NCBI GenBank assembly: GCA_004431415.1 | Contig: QPMI01000674.1 | Coordinates: forward strand, 11,327-75,326 | DNA from: Cyanophora paradoxa CCMP329 | Taxonomy: Eukaryota > Plantae > Glaucophyta | Reading direction: 5' to 3' | Length of the DNA stretch: 64,000 bases | Shown: positions 30,730-41,450 of the stretch, in pieces | How the letters are laid out: each line of letters starts with the position of its first letter | Numbering within the stretch: the stretch's first letter is position 1 | Notes under the pieces: generated by a model | Database searches by the model: none | Told to the model about the DNA's origin: nothing | The model's input: only the letters and a program-made list of their open reading frames with translations | Translations under genes and position numbers: made by a program

Positions 30730-33700
30730 ATGTCGTTCCTGAATCCGAGACCCGATGCACGAGTAATTAATTCGACCACGCAGATAGAGGACACTGACCA
30801 GGTAAACACCGAAATTCGTGGGTCTATCAGAATAAATTACAATGCAGACCGCGAAGATCCAGTCAGTGGAACACCGAGCAGACCCGCAGCTTTGCAGTTA
30901 ATGAACGTCGAGAAGGGGGATCATAAACTTGGAATCGACTTTTTACTTGATGATAACGAGCGAAACAGAGTTGCCAGCATCCAGGCGACTCGTCAGTTAC
31001 CGAAAACAGTGCGCTATAATCGCAGGAACATTCCCAAAGCATTCGACAAGGGTCGCTTAAACTTCTTTATTCAAGATGAGAGCGGTTTCCAGAATGCAGC
31101 TATGAGAATTGTGGATAATAGCACGCTTATAGCCGGGGTTTCAAACAGACAGACAAAGGTAGAAATTGTTCACGGTTTATCTACAAGTAATTTGACAGCA
31201 AGTAACATTACCACGAATACCCTCAACGTAAACTCGCTTAACTCCGAGTCGTTTTTCGCCACTAATGTCGCTACATGCAATCTAACCCTTGATTCCTTTA
31301 TAATTCAGAAGAGCAACACTGTTCCCCAAATCACAGAGGGCGTTTTTACAGTAGATCCCGCGAAACCGACCTTAGAAATTGTCGAAAATGGGAACGTTGT
31401 GGATATAATTGGCGCCAATGCTCCGAATGTGAGATCCTTAGCACTTGATAAAACGACTATATCATTTGCAGAAGAAATTCCGGCATTTACCACAGAGAAA
31501 CAGGCACTGAGAACAGATCATGTTCACATTACCAGAGACAATATAAACGATCTTTTGGGCAAGGACATTGTAAAGGCGTTTTTGGAGTTTGAAAGGAGCA
31601 AGAACACCAAAGATTCCAGCCAGGATGGAACCCTCACGACTCACACAACCGAAATAGCCGCAATACAATCGGAGATTAATGCTCTGTTTGCAGCAGATGG
31701 AGCGCTTGCAATTTCTTTGGCTCACATTCTCTCAAAAAGGAACATTTACCCTTCTATCGATAACACATACCGAGTTGGTCTCTCGAATCTGAGATGGTCA
31801 GAGGTTCATGGAGTTTCCATGTTTGCCTCCAATTTAATCCTTCCATTAAATCACTCACTCCGACCTAATCAGATTCTTACCAATGATAATGCACTGATCA
31901 GCTACACCGACTATAATAGTAACCTTTCCCGCTCGGTTTCGCAAACTGAGACCTACACTGTCGAGGGATACCCTCAGCAGCTCGCAAATGGGGTCTATGT
32001 CGCTTATGTAGGCAAACCTACATATACATTCACTTGGGATCAGTTGGGTGTCACAGGTTTCGAGACGAATATACCCACTGTTTCATTGGTGGATCACACT
32101 ACTTATTATAATCCTATCTATAACAATAATGAATCTAATAAAGCATTTATCCAAAATGTCACCTCCACAGGGTTTCAGGTTTCGTTTGTCATTAACGAGA
32201 CATACAATTTACTTATCATCCGAAACAACTCATTGAGTTCCGAAGCTACTATTAGTTTCACTCTTAACATCAATTATATCACCCCTGAATTCGATAGCAA
32301 ACCCAGAGTGAAGGTTTACCGAGATTTACAAGGTAGCAATATCGTGCCCTTCTCACAGAATTTCGATCTTGGGGCGAATTCTTTGAGGTGGAACACAGTT
32401 TATACTTTGAATGCAAACACCTGTAATATTGTGGTCGCAGGGTCATCGGCTACTATTGGAGATCTGACCGCCCCTTTCAAAAAGGAGTATCTTAAAGAGC
32501 TGTATATTACAAAGTCTGATTTACCAGATGCTATTTCGTTGGTGCTCTCCCCGACTCCCAGTATATCCTATCACAATGTGAAAGACACCAGTAATGTAGT
32601 GCAGAGGGGAAGCAAAGTATTCCAGGCATCCGAGATATCAGCAACAACATATAGATACCTTGCAGCGGTTCCAGCGAATTTTAATTTCACATTTGAGACA
32701 CCATTTGTTTCCCTCCTACTATTGAAATAACTGACACGAATTTGTATGTGATCAATAATGGGTCGACCACCTCTATTAACAATGCACCAGCCGGCTACTC
32801 CCCATTTGTTGCAACTAACATAACAACCACCGGCTTCACACTTGTCGGAAATGCAACAGTGACATATGCTCTTACAGCATATCCTGTTGGGTTGTATTTT
32901 GCGAAATTTAATCTTTCAGCGATCCCACCTGTGTCCCTTTCTCCTCCCTTTACTATCAATTGGAAGGCAACAGGAACTATTCCGCGATTTGACCCCGAAG
33001 ACCGCTTGAAAATAAGGTATCCTCTCGATGTGACCGACCTCCATACTACGAGAATAAATGGGCAGAATTTCGTATTTAATGGAACCAATGCAACTCTGAT
33101 CGATAATCGAGTAACGAATAATTACTTTTTCGATTCTCGATATATTAATACTTGCAATATTGTCATACAGAACACGTTTGAGAATCGAAGTAAGACCTTA
33201 TCAGTCACCTTGCCCACTCACTCGAATGTCTCAGATGGATTTCACTATTATCTTTTCAATCGCAATTACACCTCATATATTCCATACCCTTCTGAGACTG
33301 TCAACATGAGCTATCCCAGAGTCACCCTTACATCGACCAATGCTGACTTCTTTGGATCCACGGACTTTATGACCTTCTTTGCTTTCACATCGTCCACAGA
33401 TGGTCTCTTAGTTTATTACACTTTCAGATATGATGCTGTTTGGACTCAGCTTGACAGCCACCCAAATACAGATGTAATCGAAGTGGGCGATAAGAAATAT
33501 ATTAAAACCGCTTCCCCATGGGTTTGCACTGTCCGGCTCGATGACAGATACACTCCTAACCTAAATAGCATTGGAATGCACTCGACATGCAATATTTATG
33601 TGCAAGGTGCAATTTCGGCTACCAAATATTTCGAGGGAGGGAACTGTGATGCAGGGCATCGATTGCTATCGCGAAATGGATTCTTTGAGTCATTCAGTGG

Positions 33701-34436
33701 GACAGCTCTACCGCCCTTTATCAGGGACACAGTGTATGATACCACATGCAATATTTGGGTGTGTCGATCTGTGAGCAATCCGCCTGTGACAAAGGAATTA
33801 TATAAATATCTGTCAGATACCTATGGTGCAATTACAGGGTCTTCAACAGGAAATCCAGCGACGGCTCCTATCGTATTTGCGAATGCATACACAGCGCCCA
33901 CATCATTAGCAGGGTCGACAGAGCCGCCACCAAACGATCCCAATCCGAACCAGCCTAACCCAGATCCCGATTCAAAAGATCCCCCTACAACTGATCCAGA
34001 TCCGAACACGACACCTAATAATCCCAGTAATCCTACAAATCCAGTCGGATCGCCAGGAATGGATCCCGGGACGTTAGTGCTTCTAATTCTCTTGCCAATT
34101 CTCGGTGCCCTTGGACTTGTGCTTGCATACAAATTCCGAGCTTTATGTTGTGCTTGCATAGACAGAACCATTGCAGGAGCAGGTAATAAATACTCAACAC
34201 CAGAGCTTAATGTGACCCAAACAGCCGAAGGAGATGTGGGGTTAGAGGTGAGGTCAGCCGAGGGGCATGGTCTTAGTGTAGTGAGAACTGATCAACCACC
34301 AGCAAGTAGGGCAGCACCCAAAAAATCACGAGCAGAACGAATGGCTGAATCAATAATGAATGAAAATGCAGACTTTATGGCGGAAATTGCACAACGAGAG
34401 GGCAGAACATACGAGCTTCTCCCAATGCGACCTTAA
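30730..34436 (+). CDS. Large fibre-like protein with C-terminal Pro/Asn linker and transmembrane helix; frameshift near 32710
   Basis: IYPSIDNTYRVGLSNLRWSEVH and FDLGANSLRWNTVY fibre motifs; SN/TCN micro-repeats. Frame continues as PPTIEITDTNLYVINN; TM segment LVLLILLPILGALGLVLAY. Confidence 0.65.
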
Positions 34437-34465
34437 TTTTTGTAGAATGCCTTAATAGAGAAATA

Positions 34466-37400
34466 ATGACGGAACCCATAGTAGAAACGACAGTAAAGAA
34501 TGCTGTATTGGATAATCAATTTTATATAACCCATGCCAATATACCCAGTGAATCCAATGACCTAATCGTTAATCTAAAAGGCTATGTGATGGGAGCTATG
34601 GCTTCTAACCTATGGAATGACATTTTTGGTTACGAGTTTGGTCACATCTATGACATTGCAAATGGGATTGGCTATGTGGATGCAATGGCAGGCACAGCCT
34701 TTCGCAATTTAAATTGCAACTGTGTGGGAGGGTGGATGTTTCAGATCTGTTCAAATGTCGATCCTACTATTGATCCCGCCACGATTACCTTTGATTGCAA
34801 TCTGTTTGCCCCCAAAACGATTTTCTCCATCACTTGCAATCTCGTTAATTCGGATGTGCCCATTGTGGCACCTGTAATAGGTGCATCAAATATGTATATC
34901 CAAAGAAATCCGGTCGTGCATACAGGCGCCGAATTTATATTAGGCGACAACACCCCAATTAGTCGAATCGAACTACCCAATTCTCACAAGCATTTGTGGG
35001 AACATATCACCAATGCCCCATTTACCTATCCGCCCAGTTCTCACGAGCATTTGTGGGAGCATATCACCAATCGACCATTAACCTTCCCACCTGATCCACA
35101 CACTCATGATTACTTGTCTCTCAAAGGTGGTGTTATTTCATCTAATCTTACAATTTCGTCAAACCTTACAGTCACAAGTAACATTTATGCCAGTAACATT
35201 AATGCCAGTAACATTTACAGCAGTAACCTATGGGCAAGTAATATTAATGGAAGTAATGTAATAGTCGATTATCTCACTGTGAAGATTGAAGCAAACCTAC
35301 CAAATCATCCGACATCGAATGTTGTTTTAGATTGGTTAGCAAAGCAAAAACACACAAAAGCAGATATTACAGATTTTGCACACACTCACACAAAAGATCA
35401 AATAACAGATTTCGCCCACACTCATTTATGGGAGCATATCACGAATCCGCCATCGACCTTCCCACCAGGAACACACACTCATGATTACTCAGAGATTACT
35501 AATAGTAACCACAGGCACCCATGGGAGGAAATAGATGAGAAACCACGTTTTGCATCGACAGGTGATTTAGTAAATGGTGACGGATTTTATGGGGTTAGTT
35601 TCTATCAGAGTGACACCATTCCTGAAAGATTACAATTAAGTGAATACTATTTACACCGAAAAGGAATTGAAGCAGGCACCACAATGGAAGGAGAGCTATA
35701 TGTTAAACAACCCACAAGAACAACATTAGTAGCAGCTGGTGGCGATGCATTAATAGACACCAAACCAGGTATATTTTTAACAAGTTATTATAATGCGGAT
35801 ATCCCAGTTACAGCAGGTTTACCACCGCTTCCATCTGATCCAGCAACTTATGATGACAAAGACGCCATTTTACAAGTGAATGTAACAGATGTAAGCGCAA
35901 CCGATGGTTCACGTCCGAAAATTATATTTAGTCGCTCGAAATTCAATTACATCCCACTTGTGGGACAACCATACGATGATCACGGAAAATGCGAGATGGC
36001 GTGGATTAAAACAACAACAGGTGGCGCCTTAGAAGTCAATCAGAGAATGGCGGCTAAAAACTTACATAATGAAACCCTTTCAGGTGTGGTAACAGATGAT
36101 TACCTCGAAAGCAAAAACTATGTAGATGATACAGAACTTGCAGCAATTCTTGAAGATTATGTAACAGATACCGAATTAACGTCGGCTCTTGGGGATTATT
36201 TACCTCTCACAGGTGGGACTCTTACAGGTGATGTGCATGCTCCGAATTTCTTTGTGGACACTCCGAATGATCAGTCATTCCCTGTTGTCCACCTTGGTGC
36301 TGAATATGTATTAGATCCAAACACTCCATTTAGTCGACTTGAATTACCCAATGTTCACAAGCATTTTTGGGAGCATATTGTCAATCCCCCATCGACCTAT
36401 CCACCTGATTCACACGATCATGATTATTTACCACTAACAGGTGGAACAATTGCAGGTGATGTGCATGCCTCGAATTTCTTTGTTACTACTCCAAATGATC
36501 AAACATTTCCTGTTGTCCACCTTGGTGCTGAATATGTATTAGATCCAAACACCCCAATAAGTCGACTCGAATTGCCCACGAATTCCAAATTTAATGTCGC
36601 TGATGACTTCCCTAACAGTCAAAACCTCATGTATTTCACCTCTGAAAATCAGCTTTTGGGAGCATTCTCGCCCATTGAGCTGTCGATACCGAAACAAAAG
36701 GTGAGCTACAAAGAACTCACAGATGTCCCGGCGGGATTTAGTGGTAAATGGACTGATATTACTGAGAAGCCAACTTGGAGTAGTGTAGCATTCACAGGTG
36801 ATTACTATGATTTAGCACGAATTCCCGATTTCACCACTTACATACCTCGCTGGATCGATCAAAGTGTTATTATATCCGAATCTACACTCCCTTTCAATGG
36901 GACATGGGATAGGTTATTTACTAAACCGAATTTGCATGCTGTCGCCACAAGTGGAAACTACAACGATTTAACTAACACCCCTATTGCACCGACCTTGCAT
37001 GCTGTGGCTACAAGTGGGAGCTATACAGATTTAGTTAATACACCAAACTTGCATGCTGTGGCTACAAGCGGGAACTATGACGATTTAATTAACACACCCA
37101 CTTCGCCACCTACTCACAATCACAGCATAGAGTTGCTCACGAATTTCGGTAATTATGTGAATCCAAATGCATATGTGCAACAAGGGACAGCGGATGTAGT
37201 TATACCTAATCAAGTTTATACAGTAGGGCAAGTGTTTACAGCATCAGGAACCGTTACATTTTCTACCCCATATTATAGTGATCCAATAGTTAATGCTACT
37301 CTCGAAAACAGTATTATTTTAACAAGTGTCGATTTCACCAATAGCATATATCTCTCTGCTGAATATCAGTTCGGGAATCGCATTGGGTTCAAAAATAAAT

Positions 37401-37528
37401 TCACTTGGATTGCCATATTTACTTGTTATTCGGCAATCAATTATACGAATGTGCCTCAAAACGAAAGAACGCTTAAACTTCATTGGATTGCTGTCGGACC
37501 TCTCCAAAACAATAATATTCTCACGTAA
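34466..37528 (+). CDS. Tail-fibre-like protein with HxH repeats and a C-terminal lectin-like beta domain
   Basis: HTHLWEHITNPPSTFPP, YLPLTGGT and LHAVATSGNYNDL repeats; VTFSTPY...PIV...WIAVG. Confidence 0.75.
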   Translation: MTEPIVETTVKNAVLDNQFYITHANIPSESNDLIVNLKGYVMGAMASNLWNDIFGYEFGHIYDIANGIGYVDAMAGTAFRNLNCNCVGGWMFQICSNVDPTIDPATITFDCNLFAPKTIFSITCNLVNSDVPIVAPVIGASNMYIQRNPVVHTGAEFILGDNTPISRIELPNSHKHLWEHITNAPFTYPPSSHEHLWEHITNRPLTFPPDPHTHDYLSLKGGVISSNLTISSNLTVTSNIYASNINASNIYSSNLWASNINGSNVIVDYLTVKIEANLPNHPTSNVVLDWLAKQKHTKADITDFAHTHTKDQITDFAHTHLWEHITNPPSTFPPGTHTHDYSEITNSNHRHPWEEIDEKPRFASTGDLVNGDGFYGVSFYQSDTIPERLQLSEYYLHRKGIEAGTTMEGELYVKQPTRTTLVAAGGDALIDTKPGIFLTSYYNADIPVTAGLPPLPSDPATYDDKDAILQVNVTDVSATDGSRPKIIFSRSKFNYIPLVGQPYDDHGKCEMAWIKTTTGGALEVNQRMAAKNLHNETLSGVVTDDYLESKNYVDDTELAAILEDYVTDTELTSALGDYLPLTGGTLTGDVHAPNFFVDTPNDQSFPVVHLGAEYVLDPNTPFSRLELPNVHKHFWEHIVNPPSTYPPDSHDHDYLPLTGGTIAGDVHASNFFVTTPNDQTFPVVHLGAEYVLDPNTPISRLELPTNSKFNVADDFPNSQNLMYFTSENQLLGAFSPIELSIPKQKVSYKELTDVPAGFSGKWTDITEKPTWSSVAFTGDYYDLARIPDFTTYIPRWIDQSVIISESTLPFNGTWDRLFTKPNLHAVATSGNYNDLTNTPIAPTLHAVATSGSYTDLVNTPNLHAVATSGNYDDLINTPTSPPTHNHSIELLTNFGNYVNPNAYVQQGTADVVIPNQVYTVGQVFTASGTVTFSTPYYSDPIVNATLENSIILTSVDFTNSIYLSAEYQFGNRIGFKNKFTWIAIFTCYSAINYTNVPQNERTLKLHWIAVGPLQNNNILT

Positions 37529-37548
37529 TAATAAAGAACAATCAAAAG

Positions 37549-38565
37549 ATGTCGACTGTGTTCACTCCGGTTTTTAGTTTGAGTGCCTCAGCTGTCCATA
37601 ACGTGCAACACACTGTTTATGATCTAAACGAGTCATTCCCTTCGACTGAAACAGCGAAATCTGATTCTTTCAATGAGACTTCCATACTCAGAGTCAAAGA
37701 ACTCAGAGCCGACAAGGCTGGTGGAATCGTTAAAGCTACTCAAATGATCGTATCTAATCGACCCGCAAAAACAGGGGATCTAATCACCAAAGATAATCTA
37801 TATGAAGGTCAAGCGGATTATAAAACAGCTTTTAATCCGGCTGATAGGAAATCAGCGGCTTTTCAAGTAGTTAGTGGTGGGGCATGGATTGGGACTGGAC
37901 TTGGAGTGAATGGGAATGCAACAGTGAGCGGGAATGCAACAGTTACTGGAAGCCTTACAGCTGGATCATTTGGGACAGTTAAAACGACGACTATTGATTC
38001 TGGGGCAAATACAGAGTTGGTGATCAAGCGAAATAATGAGAATATCGCTTCTACTTTCACAGCATCACACACTAATGCAACAGGTGGGGCAGTTGCAGGA
38101 ACTTATAGCTGGAAAGGTCTCACTATTAATGGGACTAATTCCTATCTTGCACTTCCTAATCATCCCCGGTTTTGTGTTGGTCTTTCTGGAACTGTAACTG
38201 GTTCGGCTTTTATTGGAGCCTATGGGCATACATTTCTAAACCATGGAAATCACGTAAATGTTTCCACAGGTTACTTCACAGCTCCTGTGTCAGGTCATTA
38301 CAGATTCGTGTTCACTGGCATAACAAGTCTAAATAATGTTGATACATATGTAGCATTTAGAGTCAATGATGGGCTTCCTAATGGTAAAAATCTCGATGGT
38401 TATACATCAGCGTTAGGAACGAACTATCATAGAACTATATGCTTAAATGTCATTGTAGCAATGTATGCTGGTGACACAGGAAGGTTATATGTTGGAGGAA
38501 CAATTATGGGAGCTGCTGGAACAGCAAATTGTCAATGGTCGGGCGAATTAATTTCAGCACTATAA
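37549..38565 (+). CDS. Fibre/spike protein with C-terminal C1q-like domain
   Basis: NHGNHVNVSTGYFTAPVSGHYRF...AGD...WSGELI matches the C1q pattern. Confidence 0.8.
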   Translation: MSTVFTPVFSLSASAVHNVQHTVYDLNESFPSTETAKSDSFNETSILRVKELRADKAGGIVKATQMIVSNRPAKTGDLITKDNLYEGQADYKTAFNPADRKSAAFQVVSGGAWIGTGLGVNGNATVSGNATVTGSLTAGSFGTVKTTTIDSGANTELVIKRNNENIASTFTASHTNATGGAVAGTYSWKGLTINGTNSYLALPNHPRFCVGLSGTVTGSAFIGAYGHTFLNHGNHVNVSTGYFTAPVSGHYRFVFTGITSLNNVDTYVAFRVNDGLPNGKNLDGYTSALGTNYHRTICLNVIVAMYAGDTGRLYVGGTIMGAAGTANCQWSGELISAL

Positions 38566-38573
38566 GTAAAAGA

Positions 38574-38837
38574 ATGTCGCACAACTATCAAGTTGTTCTA
38601 ACTGACACTGAAAAGCTGGGAATGGAATACTGTGCCTACTCTGTTCAGGATTGGATCGATAATGCGGCTCATAATAGGGCGAGAATCGCGATTGATGAGA
38701 TTGTGGACAAAGAAGTTAAATCGTGCATTGCTGCTGGAATTCCGATTCCACTCACAAAGGAAGCGATTGTAGAGCAAGCGTTTGCAAGGGGAACTGTGCA
38801 AAAGGCAAGCGAAATTCCTGTGAGTGCTCCTATGTAA
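38574..38837 (+). CDS. Small phage-like protein following the C1q fibre gene (possible fibre chaperone)
   Basis: QDWIDNAAHNRARIAIDEIV...IP.TKEAIV..AF.RG; recognised from memory as typical of phage tail-fibre neighbours. Confidence 0.6.
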   Translation: MSHNYQVVLTDTEKLGMEYCAYSVQDWIDNAAHNRARIAIDEIVDKEVKSCIAAGIPIPLTKEAIVEQAFARGTVQKASEIPVSAPM

Positions 38838-39067
38838 AGAATTCGAATTCGAAGAATGAGAGATGGGTTTATTGTTATTTTTCATAGATCATGCATAAGA
38901 AAGGCATGTATCTTGCATAGTGGGCGGGGCGCGAGTGTATTTTAACGTGGTCTATCGTCGTACTTTGTCGATCATCGTACTTTGTCGATGGGGTGCGCAA
39001 GTTTGTGCAGGTGGGCATTTTCGGCAGCACAAACTTGCTTTAAAAACTATAAAATAGAAATCATGCA

Positions 39068-39391
39068 TTAGCTCGTCCGAGTCTCACTATAACACTGTCG
39101 GCATTTATAGTAGAGACCATCCTTCGTACTTTGCTTTTTATTATACTCGCTTGCAGGCTTCTCAATCTTGCAATCGGGGCATATTTTCGATTGTACTTCG
39201 ATTTTCGGACGCGTTTTTAAGACTTTGTGATACAGGTCAAGGTGATAGTCGCGGTTGCACTCGATGCATCTTGGATTCAATGCGACATTACCAGTTTTTA
39301 ATTTACGCAAACCAAAACACGATGCAGGTCTATCTACTTTGCAGATAGTGCATTGCTTACTTTTGGGTAGTGGGAGTTGATTGCTCGGCAT
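39068..39391 (-). CDS. Small protein with two C4 zinc-ribbon repeats
   Basis: KQCTICKVDRPASCF...CIEC and KICPDCKIEKPASEY...DG...CRQC; likely start MPSNQ. Confidence 0.7.
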   Translation of the reverse strand: MPSNQLPLPKSKQCTICKVDRPASCFGLRKLKTGNVALNPRCIECNRDYHLDLYHKVLKTRPKIEVQSKICPDCKIEKPASEYNKKQSTKDGLYYKCRQCYSETRTS

Positions 39392-40195
39392 CTTTATAGC
39401 TATATAGCGGGAAATCTTTAAGTGGGGATAAACGCATTTCATATGTTGATTTACGCTATCGGTGGGGGTCACCTTGATTTTTCAATTTGGGTAACTGAAA
39501 ACAGTTTGGAAACGATTGGGAACATTTCGTAAAAATATGGGTCTTACTGTCCTTACTGAGATATCGAGAGAGGGTTTTAGGGCTTACTGGGAATGGTAAG
39601 GAATTAGAAAAATGAAGAATGGAAGGGTTTCGTGATTGGTTTCAGTAAGGAGAGGTTAGATGTTTGAAAAATACAGTGCTATTTTATAGTTTGTTACTGA
39701 GCCTTACTGAGAAATTCGAAAATGGATAATGGGCTTACTGAATGTGGTAGTGGGGAAGGAAAGAAGAGGGCGCGCAATTGGTGGGGTTCTCCTGGAAGCG
39801 AGCTACTCGACAACAAGCCTCACCGAAGGACTGATGTCCAGCACGGTGCGATCCTCGTAATAATAAGTGCCATAGAGAATGGCGGCGTCGGTGAGACTGC
39901 GCACGCCCGCGGACAGTCAGCGGCTCGCAGTACTAGTTTATACCGGTACAAATTAAACGCGACGCATGCGCAGGTGCAGCTGCAGGTGCCTATATTTGAT
40001 TGCATTTGCTCTTGAGATTCTATACGTATATCTAATGAAAATTAAAGCAGGATTCCGGGGGTACGACGCACGTGGCCTTCACGTAGCCGAGGCCGCCCAC
40101 CACGCTGGACGCGACGAGGGTGCCGGTCTTGCTGGAGCCAGTCTGAAATGAATTCGAAGGAACAGCAGACTCGTTAAGCGGAATTCGAAGTTCAT

Positions 40196-40987
40196 TTATT
40201 TAAATAGGAAGCTCACCGAAAAGTAGATGGCGGTGGGGGCGGCGGGGTACGGGTGCGCGATGTGGAGATCGACCTCAACGGAGTAGTTCCAGTTGGACAG
40301 CGTCTTGATCTTGCCGACGAAGCCGCCGAGCGAGTTGTTTGTGGAGAGCTTAGTGTCCCAGAGGTCTCCGAGGACGTCGAAGGCGCCCCGTCCGCTGGTG
40401 TAATTGTAGGTCGGCGAAGGGCCGCTGGGTCTCGGTACCGGCGTGACCACGGCGGTCGGGCTCGTGGGGCCTATGGCGACGAGGCCGCCGGAGCCGGAGA
40501 GGGGCCCGATCAGCTGAGTGCCGTTGTTGGCCGCGGTGATGGCGGCGAGGAGCGCGTTGGCGCCGGCGGGGATCTTGAGCATGCCGGAGAGGGCCATGCC
40601 GGTCGCGTACGCCGAGCCGGCGGTCACAGTGAAATCGAAGGTCACGATTGCGACAGAGGCGGAATCGGCCGCGCAGGTCACGGTCGCGGTGTCGATCACG
40701 CCCGCCAGGGCTCTGAAACCGCTGCTGAGGGCGAGCTTCTTGTCGTTGCAGGTGGCGACCGGAATGGGGAGGGTCATCCTGAGCTGAGAGGCCCTCTTTG
40801 CGTCGCCCGTGCAGACGGTCGGGAGCCCGTCCGTGCCGGTATTCGCGGGCCACGTGATGGATCCCCCGGAGGTGGCTGCGGCCGCGGGGGCGGCGAACTT
40901 GCCGGAGACCTCGACCGTGCCGGCGGTGGCGCCGTCCAGCGTGATCGCCGGCTCGTCACTCGCGCTGGAGAAGAGAAACGGGATCTC
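40196..40987 (-). CDS. Terminal exon of a host gene, unknown Ala/Thr/Gly-rich beta-type protein
   Basis: Strong GC3 bias; pyrimidine tract plus CAG acceptor (tttttcattcgctctgcag|GAGATC), phase 0. Confidence 0.65.
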   Translation of the reverse strand, partial: EIPFLFSSASDEPAITLDGATAGTVEVSGKFAAPAAAATSGGSITWPANTGTDGLPTVCTGDAKRASQLRMTLPIPVATCNDKKLALSSGFRALAGVIDTATVTCAADSASVAIVTFDFTVTAGSAYATGMALSGMLKIPAGANALLAAITAANNGTQLIGPLSGSGGLVAIGPTSPTAVVTPVPRPSGPSPTYNYTSGRGAFDVLGDLWDTKLSTNNSLGGFVGKIKTLSNWNYSVEVDLHIAHPYPAAPTAIYFSVSFLFK

Positions 40988-41294
40988 CTGCAGAGCGAAT
41001 GAAAAAGTATTGCAAGAAGCCCTCACATCGCACTCTGATCTCTCTTTATTGTGGATAGATTGCAAGGGGGGAAGGGGGCCCCCTTGCTTCCCGTTCCCTC
41101 GCTTCAGCCAAAAGTTTTCTATGAGGCCGTTTTCGAGGGCCAGCTTGCAACGAAATTGTCGGTTATTCGCGATCCGATTGGCTCGGTGAACCGGTCAGCT
41201 CTCGACTTTCGAGCGTCGAATTCGAGGGGAAAAAGTGGTTTTCGAGGGGAAAACTAATTATATAACTTCTCTCTAACTCCGGTCTTCGAATTCC

Positions 41295-41450
41295 TTGCGC
41301 GGTTCTGCATGGAACCAGTTCTCCCTAGCTGTCTCCTCTAGATTTCGGCTTCCTCGCAGTGCGTCGCGTACGCCTTGCTCTTCGTTGCGCGGTTCTGCAT
41401 GGAACCACTTCTCTCTACCTGTCAACGTCTCCTCTAGATTTCCGCTTCGT
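41295..41450. repeat. Two imperfect direct repeats, ~90-bp period
   Basis: TTGCGCGGTTCTGCATGGAACCA...TCCTCTAGATTT occurs twice. Confidence 0.75.

Larger units (their letters stand above)
17543..39760 (-). mobile_element. Endogenous Polinton-like virus, element B (right boundary approximate)
   Basis: Integrase, PolB-helicase, ATPase, MCP, minor capsids, patatin and fibre genes; abrupt shift to GC-rich host DNA near 39760. Confidence 0.88.

Noticed and set aside
1-39760. Bacterial prophage, or a recent inverted duplication/assembly artefact
   Set aside because: pPolB, rve integrase, A32 ATPase and jelly-roll-like capsids indicate eukaryotic PLVs. A and B differ greatly in sequence, CpG content and replication genes.
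40253-41002. 249-aa plus-strand ORF
   Set aside because: Antisense shadow of the high-GC3 host exon.
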